Of a stretch of 64,000 bases of DNA, positions 20,117 to 36,697 are shown piece after piece. The notes beneath the pieces were generated by a model. That model was not told the origin of the DNA, did no database searches, and saw nothing but the letters and a program-made list of their open reading frames with translations. The position numbers were made by a program, and so were the translations under genes. Numbering within the stretch: the stretch's first letter is position 1; each line of letters begins with the position of its first letter. The stretch comes from the human T2T-CHM13v2.0 reference genome, Homo sapiens. The DNA lies in assembly GCF_009914755.1 (NCBI RefSeq), contig NC_060929.1; one strand, 5' to 3'.

Positions 20117-21374
20117 TAGTCCCCTTTTCAGCATAATGAATCCTCAAGGAGCCATGTGCAATACTGACCTAGAGAAGAGATCTGATTCCTTCTGGGGATC
20201 AGTAGGGGTTCAATGGATGGGTGGCATTTGACTATTCCATAGGACTTCCACAGGAACACCTGCAGAAACTGATGACATTCTGGAACAGAAAAATAACATG
20301 TACAGTGGTCCTCAAATAGGAAATTTTGAAGTCTGTCCAGAAATCCACAAAGTCTATTGAGCAAAATGTTCAGCCCATGCTTCTAGTTTCAGACTATGGA
20401 ATTTTGACTTCTTTTGCAAGGAAAGTGACTCACTGATGGCTTTTCAGTTGAGTGACAGGGTCAGAGTTTTTAAGATTACTCAAGCAGCGTGGCAGAGGAG
20501 GAGTGGGATTGAAGAAAGGCAGGATGGAGGTGAAAAGATGGATTTGGAGGCCTTTGCTGTACCTAGTCCCATTGAGAGGTAACCAGAGCCTGTGCTGCAG
20601 GAGTGATGGTCATGAGGATGGAGAGGCGGGAAGCCGTGTGAGTGACAGGCAATGGGAGGTCACCTGCCAGTCGGGGTGCTGGCTTCTGGGAGCAAGGGCC
20701 CCTTGGCATGGAGGGAGAGGATGAAAAGTTTCCTTCCCTTTTTTCCTGAAGGCAGGGCTGGCCCTATGCAATATTTTGAATGGGTTTCTATTTGCCTTTG
20801 AACCCTCATGTCATCCCCTCCTGCTCACTTGATGCCGGCTGTCTTTACAGGCCCCCGGAGCCCAGAGCTTTCATCCTGGTCTGAACTCTCCACTGAGGTC
20901 CCCACCGTCTCCCCTCCCAGACAGCCTCTCCTTCCTCCTTCTCCAAGCCACGTTCTCTCATTGCACCACCACCAACAACCCAAAAGACCAAAAAACAAAC
21001 CAACCTTTTCCATTTTTCCAAGCAGTGTGTTTGTTAGGAAAGCAATCTGACTTAAAACCTATTTAAACAGTGGTAAGTGATTCTGGGACACTTAGCAAAG
21101 TATGTACATTTTAAACAGAGAATCCTTCTTAAAGAGTTTATCTGTATCATTTAAAAATGAAATTTAAGATAAAATTACACAGAATCCTGGATGACAAGGT
21201 TGCTTTTAGAGGAGATACCATGCTAGCTTCTTGCCTAAGATGTCTCTCTCTGTCACTTCCTTCCCTTCCACTTACTAAGTCATATTTTCTGAAAATTCTC
21301 AAGTCTTCATAACGACTCTGGGTACAGATGGCAGTGGGGAGATGGGTAGGGCTAGAGTATGAACTATTCCTAGA

Positions 21375-22362
21375 CCGTAGCCCCCCTTATCCAGAGTTTT
21401 GCTTCCTGCAGTTTCATTTACCCACAGTAAACCTCTATCAGAAAATATAACTCCAGAAACAAACAATTCGTAAGTTTTAAATTGTGTGCCATTCTGACGA
21501 GAGTGGTGAAATCTCATGCTGTCTTGCTCTGTCCCGCCTGGGACGTGAATCACCCCTTCATCCAGTTTATCTACACCATCTACACTACCTGCCCGTTAGT
21601 CACTACGTAGCCAGCTCCATGATCAGATCAACTATTGTGGTATCACGGTTCTTGTGATCAAGCAGTTGTATTCTGCTTCATGATTGCCCCGTAGTGCAAG
21701 CAATGATGCTGGCAATGCAGATAAGCCAAAGAGAAGCCATACAGGGCTTCCTTTTGGTGGAAAGTTTCTTGAGGAAGGAAGGAAAAGTCATATGCTGAGG
21801 TTGCAAGATCTATGGTAAGAATGAATCTTCTATCCTTGAAACTGTGAAGAAGGAAAAAGAATTTTGTGCTAGTTTTGCCATCACCCCTCAAGCCGCAAAA
21901 GTTACAGCCACAGTGCATAAGCGCTTAGCTAAGATGGAAAAGGCATTAGATTTGTGGGTGGAAGACGTGAACAGAAACATGTTCCAATTAACGGGGCCGG
22001 GCATGGTGGCTCATCCCTGTAATCCCAGTACTTCGGGAGGCCAAGGCGGGCAGATTACCTGAGGTCAGGAGTTTGAGACCAATATGGCCAACATGGCGAA
22101 ACCTCGTCTCTACTAAAACTACAAAAATTAGCTGGGTGTGGTGGTGCACTCCTGTTATCCCAGCTATTCAGGAGGCTGAGGCAGGAGAATCGCATGAATC
22201 CGGGAGGTGGAGGTTGCAGTGAGCCAAGATTGTGCTATTGAACTCCAGCCTAGGCGACAGGGCAAGACTTCATCTCAAAAAAAAAAAGAAAGAAAAAAAA
22301 GAAAAGGAAAGAAAGAAACGTGGGGTTTGGCACATATGCCCCATGGATGGGGGCTCCGTTGT
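21375..22362 (+). mobile_element. MER44/Tigger7-family DNA transposon remnant, interrupted by an Alu
   Basis: 5' end GTAGCCCCCCTTATCC; transposase N-terminal relic (KKEKEFCASFA...KMEKALDLWVEDVNR); 3' end after the Alu. Confidence 0.82.
21995..22318 (+). mobile_element. Alu (S-type) inside MER44
   Basis: dimeric Alu. Confidence 0.92.
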
Positions 22363-22365
22363 AGA

Positions 22366-22575
22366 TGAGGAGTTACAACTGAAGGACCACATAATAAGCA
22401 TTTCAGGCTTTGCTAGCCAAACAGTCTTTGTTTCAACTGCTCACCTCTGCCTTTGTACTTTGAAAGCAGCCATAAACAATAAATAAATGGGCATGACTGT
22501 GTTCCAGTAAAACTTGACAAAAACAAGTGCTGGGCCAGATTTGGCCCCCAGGCATGTTGGCTGAGCCCTGCTGTA
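22366..22575 (+). mobile_element. MER58A-like hAT/Charlie MITE
   Basis: motifs AAAGCAGCCATAAACAAT...TGTGTTCCAGTAAAACTT...GGGCCAGATTTGGCCC. Confidence 0.75.
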
Positions 22576-22837
22576 GGTGATCATTTGTGAGCCTGGAACA
22601 GCCTCTCTTTTTGCTCCTTCCTGTGGGCTCACCAGCATCTCAGCTTTCCCAACAGATTATCTTAAAGAAGCGCCTGCCCTTAGAAATATATGTCAGCAAA
22701 GCCCATGAACTCAACACTATTCCTAGAAAGAAAGGAAGGAAAAAGAAGGAAGGAAAGAAGCAGCAAGGAGCTCATATTGATCTGGGGAAGGCAGCGGAAG
22801 GCCAGAGAGTGCTGCCTGGAACTTAACAGTGAGCCCT

Positions 22838-23153
<316 letters not shown>

Positions 23154-23180
23154 CTAGTGAGCCCAAATGTAACCATGATG

Positions 23181-24841
<1,661 letters not shown>

Positions 24842-26226
24842 TAGAGGACACTAGCCTCTCTTGGGAACATGACACATACAAACCCACTGCAAGAGGGTCA
24901 GTTACAAGCTAATGACTGATTACATTCCTGTGCCCTTAAAGGTGATTACCTCAACTTTCTAAGGAACCAAGAGATCTCTTTAAATTTCAACGCATAAAAA
25001 TAATCACTCTCAATGTGTGTTAAGCCCATTCAAATTGTTTGGGGGTGATGAATGGGAGGAAGCTGGAAATGGGCTTAGCTAGAACAAGGGCAGTATTAAT
25101 TCATTTGCGGAGCCACAGCCTGAGCGTCGCAGTGGGCATCAGTTGCGGCTCCCCCCACTCCCAGCTGCATCTGACAACCTCTGATCTATGCACACATGCC
25201 CGGCGTGTACCAGAGCACGCCCAGGGTTGACGAGTTTGACTTTGTGGTGTTGCTGTTTTCCTCTTTAGTTCTGAGTTACTCTCTTGATTGGAAAGCAGCG
25301 GGTCGAGTGTAGCAGTAGATTCCTGTTTTAATTTCTACACGTAACTTGCAGGCTTCTTGCTACTTTGTGCTGATTTATTGTTGTCCTGATTCCCATTTTC
25401 TGAATGGTTATTCATTCCCAGCCCAGGCCTCTCTGATGACCATCTGGTTCTCCTTCGGTCACTCAAACATCTGCCCCAGAGACTTGGAAAATGAGCTTCC
25501 TTTGGCAACCTAAAAATAATCTTAGTGTGACTGAAGCCTGAAAGGGAAATCGCTGCGTTCCACTGTCCTATGGACACTGACCGGGGAATGAGCCAACAGA
25601 GCTTCCTGGGGATTTGGAGCTTAGATGTCTTCTGTCACATCTGCAGATTTTTTCTTTTTTTTTCAAGTCTTGGGAACCATAAAAACATGGTGAGAACTGG
25701 GTGCAACCAGTCCTGAAGTTTTCTTTGGGACTAGGCAAGCTTGCACAAAGGAAACAGCTGGAGATAAAAGCCACGCTTTGCATGGTTTGTTCGTAAGGCT
25801 GCAAGAGCTGGCTGAGAAAGACAGCGGATACTCAGGATTGCGACATGCTATTAGTCACAGTGTGTTCCAGGAGAGCTCACAAATGCTTTGAAACAGTTAC
25901 AGGATATTTCTAAGGATATTTAGCTTGGACCTAAGAGGCCTGTCTCATGGGCAATGATGGTTTGCCCCCCACCCCTAGAAGACGAAATTTGCCAGAAACT
26001 AAAACTCAGTCCCTGTGGTATTTCTCATCCAAAATTATTTCTAGCCACATTGTCTAGTGCAACTTTTCAGAGGTTCTGCAATGATATAAAATGTCAACAT
26101 AATAATGTTCAAATAAATTAAATGCCCTTGTAGGTCATAATCCAAAGATCTTAAAATCTAAAGTAATTAACATCTCAACTTAAATTTCCTTGACTTTTTG
26201 TGTTTAAAAAAAACCAAAGCCCTTAA

Positions 26227-26689
<463 letters not shown>

Positions 26690-26964
26690 TAAATACAGTT
26701 TTTTCCAGCTCCAAGAAGACTGAATTCATTCAACAGCAAGTCTCTCATGTGCTTTACTTTTTAGTGATATGCAAATAAAAAAAAGTAAGTGGACCCTCAA
26801 TAGTATCAAAACATTGTCCCCACGCCCTTAACATTTAGAAAGATGACCCAAACCCCAGTCCCTAGACAGTTGTCCTAGGCAAGATTTTGTTCTTGGGACC
26901 TTATTTAAATTTGCCAAAGGTGGTATCAAGAACTGTAAAAAAAAAAAAAAAAAAAAAAAAGCTT

Positions 26965-27442
26965 TTCCACTATAGTTTCATGGATGCTGGCAGGAGACTT
27001 GAGATTCCTGAGTCAGAGACAAATGACTTTTTATTACTCATGGCACAGCAACTAGATTTTAGCTTCCCTAATCCCAGTTTTTAGGATTTAACCCCAGTTT
27101 ATTTAGGGCTTTATGTTCACATCATTTCCCCTTTCCCCCGCAAGTCCTGTGGCGGTGACACAGGCTCGGGGGTGTGCACATGCAGTGGATTTGCATCACA
27201 GCTGAGGATCCCTCACCATAGGCAACCTCAGTCTTTTATGATGGGCTAGAAGCAGACCTGACCAACCTTTGCACCAGAGGAAGGAACCTGTCCCTTCCTC
27301 CTGAGACACTATCTAACTTTCAAGGCTGTTCACTCTACAAACATCCCTGGAAAGACAGATAATTCCATGTAACAACAGCCTCTGTCTCTGTTTGCACGCC
27401 ATGCAGAAATGCAAGAGACCCAGGGAGAATTACCTCCCAATA
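26965..27442 (-). mobile_element. Solo ERVL-type LTR remnant (MER54/MER73/MER74/LTR53-like)
   Basis: minus-strand start TATTGGGAGGTAATTCTCCCTGGGTCTCTTGCATTTCTGC; end ...GACTCAGGAATCTCAAGTCTCCTGCCAGCATCCATGAAACT. Confidence 0.6.
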
Positions 27443-27467
27443 GGGCAGACCAGAGAGACTCAGTAAT

Positions 27468-27675
27468 ATCAAGAAAAGGCAGGTTGATGAGGAAAAGATT
27501 CTTGGCTTCTCTTAAAGATGCCAGTCAGTCTGACAGTTGTCTGGAGTTCACGACCATGAACTTAAAGCCAATTGGCAGGAATCTTCCTCCCAACTGGAGT
27601 TGGAGGGAAATCAACCCGGTCCTACTTCAAGTGCTTTCTGTGTGTATTCAGTAGCTTCTTGACTGGCATTTTCAC
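27468..27675 (+). repeat. Left arm of a local ~200-bp inverted duplication
   Basis: aligns by eye to the reverse complement of 33343-33878 once the Alu is removed. Confidence 0.9.
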
Positions 27676-30638
27676 TTTGACATAAAAGTAAAGGGCTTCA
27701 TGGCGTGCTGCATTGGGTGTAGATGGTGCCTCTGATGGAGCTCTACCTTCTTAAAAGCAGGAATGTTCAGTCAGTCCTGGGCCACATTTTCCATTTCCAC
27801 TGCCTCTTGGCATGGAAGTGCTTAGACTGAAGAAAGCTTCATCTCTCCTTCCACATTTGTTGAGCTGGAAAAACACCCTCCGCAGATTCATGATCCAGAC
27901 CTTCTGTTGATGATTCTAGAGCTTGTGCCCCTAATGAGCTAGTAAGGGCTAATACCTCTGCCGCCTCTTCCTTGGGATTAGTTTTTTCTCAGGTTTTGAG
28001 TGTCCCAGGGATCACGTGGCATTGCTTTCTCCTACATATTTTGGGGCAGTAATTGGATATGTCTGTAGTGATTCATATCCTTCCCCTTTGGGAAAGACTT
28101 AATTGAGTTTCCTTTTTACCTGCTGCTTAAATTAGTTCCATTTCTTCTTTATAGGTTTGCATGCTGAATTTGGGTGTTTTTTAAAAAGTATTTCTACTGT
28201 TTCTTTGTTTCTGACTCAGACCTTTTTTCCTAACATACTAATCTAGATAATATACAGGGTCCATCACTGTGAAAGAGATGAAATCAATGACTCTTCTATT
28301 TAGTGAAATATCCATTGTTCAAATGCATGCTGACCACCACTGGCTCTGCGTTAGCTAATTCCACCTAGGAAATGTTCTCCTATCAGGCCAGCATCAAGTT
28401 CTAGCCTATTCTCCTCCTGCCAGGCCCCACCCCCTTGGTATTTCTCATATTTACTCCCTTTAGAGTCCCTCATTTCATGCATTTCTCGGCCCACTTTCAT
28501 CAGAGCAATGACCGATAACTGTGTTCTGTTAGAATTTACTGAGGATTTTTTTCATTCTTCTCGGTCTTCCCTGCAGTTTTGCCTTCAAGTCTGTCCGCAT
28601 ATGCTGATCTCTCTTGGGAGAGCTGTCCCAGATTATCCTTCCAAAGCTCTTCCTCTGCAGTCTTAAAATCATTTGTCTCATGTTTTCTGGGCCTGGAATT
28701 CCACTCTCTTCCCTGTGGTTTTGACTCTCAGGTAGCTTTCTTCAGGTCCCAGTCACCCCCACTAATTTAGGAATAACGTAGCATCTCCCTACTTTTGTGA
28801 CAGACCCTTTAAGATAGGAACCGTCAAGAGTCTTTTCCATACATCACTGTGCTCTGGGACTTCACAATCCCAGTTACTCATCAGACTCTGGAGTCTGTTG
28901 TCTAAGATCTCTTTTAAGGAAGTATCCCTTTTTCTCTAGTTAGTCATCATGTATTTCTTTATTTTCTCTTTTCCACTACGCCTATTCTGATCAGGGACCA
29001 GAGCATGTTTTCAAATCCTCCTTGTTCTTGTGCGCAAACCTGATTTCTAAAAACTGAGCATTTCAGGCACATGCCTTTAAAAATGGCTTCTTAGCTGTGA
29101 GTTTTGCAGTAATTTTATTAAAGGGCTTTTTTCCCCATCTTCAAAGAAGATGGCATGTCTTTGGATCTCCATTGGTTTCTCTTTATTCTTTAATGAAATC
29201 TGCCACTTTCCATAGGTATGAAGTTGAAATGTATATCTCTGCAGTCTAGAGCTACAGTCTATGTAATCATCAAATCTGGAGGCACCCTGAGACCTGGGGG
29301 GAGAAAGCTTGGGCCTTTTTATTTCTTTAATTTCGACTAAACCTTACCTATATTCTTATGATACACATTAGGTACTCCACAGTGAATTTCTTTTTAACCC
29401 TCATGATAACCCTGTAAGACAATTGCAAGGTATTTTTAACTCTTTAAACATAAATACGATTGTTCCTATTTCACATAATGAAAAAACTGCCTTGGATATC
29501 AATGATCAATATGTTACAGGCACAATCCGTGCTGCTGCCTATGGCACATGTAAATTGCATTATACTCTGCATACACCTCCTGTGCTTATAGTTTATACAT
29601 TGAGCAGAACAAGTTTCCATAAATCACTGATTAAAATATGTATACTCTGAATAGGGAGCAACATGACAGTCACCCTTATTTGTTGGCTGGTGGGCTACTC
29701 AGGTACAGCTGAGAAGCTTTCATTTCTTCTCTTCTTCATTTCTGAAGTAAACGTGGGGGAGAGCAGGAAGAACTGGGAAGTCGCAGCTTAGTTCCGTGTC
29801 CAGTTCCACTGGAGGCTGGTTCTGTTGGCCCAGGGCAGTGGTGAATTCCAGAGGCCCAGGCCCTGTTCCTCTTCCATGAGCCTGGTCTCTGTGTTCTTTG
29901 TTAGCTTTCCTGCTGATTCTGATGCACCTCAAAGTTTCCCTAGGCCATTCTCAGCCCCTGAGAATCTGCCTCGGAATCAGACCTGTGTAAATCAGTGGCC
30001 ACGTCGGTCACTTTCACTCTCTCGGTCGTTCCTTGGGCCACTGCTTCCGCCTTCATGCCCACTTCCAGAGGTCCTCTTCTGGCAACTTCTGAGCTTTGGG
30101 GGAGTTCTCTGTGTGAACGTTCAGCCTTCTCCAGTCCACACTTAGGATTCAGCTTTCTCAAGTCAGATCCATTGCCACGTGGTTGTCAGCTTGCTGGTTT
30201 CCAGAATTTGTTGCTTTTGTCTTCTGTTTTCTTTATCCTTGTAAATTATGTCTGTCTTTTCCTAAAAAAAATTTTCCCTGTCATGTTAGTGTGGTTTCAA
30301 AGGGAAATCAGGAGAAATCTGCCACCTTTAGTCAGAAGCCTATGTTATTTAATTCCCAAATGCAGGCCCATTTTTCAGATGAGGACACTGACGTTCAAAG
30401 AGGTTGACTGACGTGCCTAAACTGCAGTAAAATGGTATAATCAGGATTTGTGCCCAGGTAGCTGGCCGGATTCTCAACCACTCTGCCCCACTACCTCTCT
30501 ACAAAATCAGATGCTAAAGATGCTTCTTCATTGAGTGCTGTGTATGTTACAGGTGTGGAAAATGATGCAAACAGGAAGGCTCTACCATGGAAATTGGCAA
30601 ATTCTATGAGACTCCATTAATATAATGGGATTGTTTTG

Positions 30639-30676
30639 TACTACACTTGATGTTAGCCAAGAGGCCGAGAAGCAAT
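30639..30676 (-). pseudogene. 3'-truncated U2 snRNA retrocopy (U2 nt ~1-38)
   Basis: reverse complement ATTGCTTCTCGGCCTCTTGGCTAACATCAAGTGTAGTA matches U2 ATCGCTTCTCGGCCTTTTGGCTAAGATCAAGTGTAGTA at 35/38; TSD AATGG(G/C)ATTGTTTTGTA at 30624-30640 and 30677-30693. Confidence 0.92.
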
Positions 30677-31208
30677 AATGGCATTGTTTTGTAACACATG
30701 AATTAGAAACTGCTCATGAATAATAGATTTTATCAACTGTTTCGCTGAACTGAAGGCCTTCCAGGAGAACATTTTGCAAATTTCGTTTCAGAACAGCTAA
30801 AATGACATCATTTCCAGAACAGTTTGCTCTGTGCATTGGGAACAAAACCACACACAGAAAAGGGACTCTCTTAGAGTGTGGACATTTTCAGACAATAGTC
30901 AAAGTGTAATCAAAATTGCATTTTATATTGCTACTTCCTGACATAATCTGGAATGAATGTGTCTAAGCAACCCACTTCCTGTTCAGTGAGTTACAAGTCG
31001 TCTAATATCACAACAAACTCAACGAAAAAACAGTTTTTTGTTATAAGAGGAAACAGTTCCATTTAAATTCATTCCCCACTGCTAACCCTTTCAGTGGGTT
31101 CTGAAATAAGATGTCACTCCTTCCTTGCTCAACAGCAAGAGCTCTCTGCTTGCAACTCTTTGAGATATCTCTAGGTCCATTCTTACTGGCTCTAGCTACA
31201 GGCATTAG

Positions 31209-33242
<2,034 letters not shown>

Positions 33243-33342
33243 ATATACTGAATTTAATATACAACATATAATTTTCATTACCTGTTAATTTGAGGGTGAG
33301 AAGTGACACTATAATTACATCACCTTTTGATAACTGGTAAGA

Positions 33343-33878
<536 letters not shown>

Positions 33879-34551
33879 ACCTTATATGCCTTTTTAAGTA
33901 TGTATATCTTACTTAGTGAGAATATTACCTATTTTAATATAAGACTGTTTTCCTCTAGAACCTCAAAGGAAAATAAAATTTCAAATGGGAAGATTTATTG
34001 TTTGATGTATCTCAAAAGTCTTGTACATGTAAATTTACCCCACAATTTTTTATAAACACTCTGAAGTGCATGTGTCTCATTTTCTTCTCTAGTAAATGGG
34101 GGTTTTGTTTTGTTTTTAGCATGTTGGGTTTCTCTAGGATGGAGGACCCAGTGAGCCTTGGGATCAGACTTTGTGTATCACCTCCTGGGGTCACACAACT
34201 TCCAGATGTGTGGGCTGACCTCATGTCGACGCCTCCAGGGTGCCTGGGGCTGAGCTTGATTCCAGGAGCCGTCTGATCAATACTCACTCCGGAGCATAGC
34301 ACACAGAACATTTGGTTGACTAAAATGTATAGCTGCCATAAAATCAAATTTTTACTGTATTTTAGAAACCTTAGAACTGGGTTTGAATTTCTGGTTTAAT
34401 ATTTGTTGCAACTTGCATTGTGGGAAAAAGCACTGGCCTACAGGTCAAGAGACCTGGGCTTGCGTTGTAGCTTTGTCGTTGACCACTGGGAGACCACCTG
34501 GGTAACTGACCAACAAGTGTCCTCAGGTGTAGGATGGAAGACGAAGTGGCC

Positions 34552-34650
34552 CTGGGGGCCCTGGTTCCATGCTGCGCAGTGAGACGTGTGCTGAGGAGGA
34601 CTGGGGGCCCCTGGTTCCATGCTGGGCGGTGAGACGCGTGCTGAGGAGGA
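34552..34650 (+). repeat. 49/50-bp tandem duplication
   Basis: CTGGGGGCCC(C)TGGTTCCATGCTG...GTGCTGAGGAGGA twice. Confidence 0.9.
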
Positions 34651-34837
34651 ATTGGCCAATGCAAGGCGTTGCGAATGCAGCTTATCTGAAGGGCTGTGCT
34701 TTGATCCCGTGGTCCTTCTTCTCACATAACACCTGTATTGCTGCTCCTTGAGCCTTGAGATAACATTGTGGAGGGGGACAGCATAAGTCATCGCAGGGCT
34801 GGGCTCTCCCATCAGCTCTGTGCTTTCTGCATTTCAG

Positions 34838-34949
34838 ATGCCTGGGACAGATGAACCCCAAGATGTGTGCGGTGCTGAGGAATCCAAGGGGAACTTGGAA
34901 AGTCCCAAACAGGGCAGCAATAAAATCAAGCTCAAGAGTCGCCTTTCAG
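34838..34949 (+). CDS. PDZD2: PDZD2 coding exon, 112 nt, phase 0/1 (MPGTDEPQDVCGAEESKGNLESPKQGSNKIKLKSRLS)
   Basis: tttcag|ATG acceptor and CAG|gtaggt donor; phase matches both neighbours. Confidence 0.92.
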
Positions 34950-35394
34950 GTAGGTGGGGGCTCTACCTGATGCAGCCTGTCTAGGATGAGTTTTCAGCCT
35001 CAGGAGCAGGGAGATGAAGCCATTGCCGGGATGAGCTCCCGTCTTCCTTAAAACCTCAAAATCATTTTTACCTTGGATGGTGCATATCCCAGGCATAACA
35101 ACTGCATTTAGCCTCCTGCCTGTGTGAATTTCATTTTTTTTGAGTCATAACAAAGTGGATGTCAACATTCCTGTGTGTCTCTGTGTCCTGAAACATGACT
35201 GTCTTATGTTTGGTTCGTTTACTTCGATCAGATTTCACATGATCCTTTCAATGTGGAGTTAATATCAAATCTGCATTTCAATAAGCAGGAGAAAGATGGG
35301 ATGGAGTTGCAGCTTTTGGAGCAAATAGACTCTATCTCCTGGGCATTTCCTTACGGCAGCTGGCCTGGGCCCAGAGAGAGAAAGTCAGCATTGA

Positions 35395-35747
<353 letters not shown>

Positions 35748-35855
35748 AAAAGGCATTTTTTAGGCACATGATGGGTCTTTTCCTCCATTAAAAAAAAAAA
35801 AAAAAAAAGTAAAAATAGTATTTTATGGCTGTGTTGGTATAAAGATACAGCTGGA

Positions 35856-36165
<310 letters not shown>

Positions 36166-36369
36166 AAAAGATACAGCTGGATTCATTAGTGTCTATTCAT
36201 TACTATTACGTTTATTTTTTTTTCTGCTTATTTAAAAAGATATTTAAAAGGAAACACTTTTATGGGTCCCTGAAGGTGGCATGGGCCCTCAGCACTGTGC
36301 CTGCTGGCTTAGTGGGAAAGTCAGCCGTGGCTCCCCCTACAACAGTCATCTGGTATGGCAGGAAAAGCA

Positions 36370-36570
36370 AGAGTTTTGAAGCCTGGCAGAACTAGGTTTA
36401 GCCCTCAGCTCCTGAGTTACCTTGTGACTGTAGGCTAATGATTTAATCTCCCTGAACTTCCACTCCCTCACCTGAAAAAAGAGGAGAACACCCTGACTTT
36501 GAAAGGCTGAGCAGATTTTTAAGAAATGCACATTAAAGCATTTAGCACAATGTGTAGTACGTTAACGTTC
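36370..36570 (+). mobile_element. MIR
   Basis: TGTGACTGTAGGCTAATGATTTAATCTCCCTGAACTTC...AAAGCATTTAGCACAATG. Confidence 0.65.
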
Positions 36571-36697
36571 AAAAAACATTCACGTCCCCTTCCGGCCACC
36601 CAGATTGGTGGAGAGGGCATGCCCGCACTGCTCCAAGTTTATTCTCAGAAAGATGGCAGGTTTAAGACGGTGAAATACCTGTTTTTAAGAAAACATC

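Noticed and set aside
21844-22062. Transposase-like ORF
   Set aside because: Short decayed MER44/Tigger7 fragment running into an Alu; not an intact gene
21985-22325. Alu in MER44 without an evident TSD (possible insertion-mediated deletion)
   Set aside because: Cannot confirm missing MER44 sequence without aligning to the consensus
27700-30350. Possible very old antisense L1 fragments inside the inverted-repeat-bounded segment
   Set aside because: T-rich texture is suggestive, but I cannot match it to a consensus by eye; needs RepeatMasker
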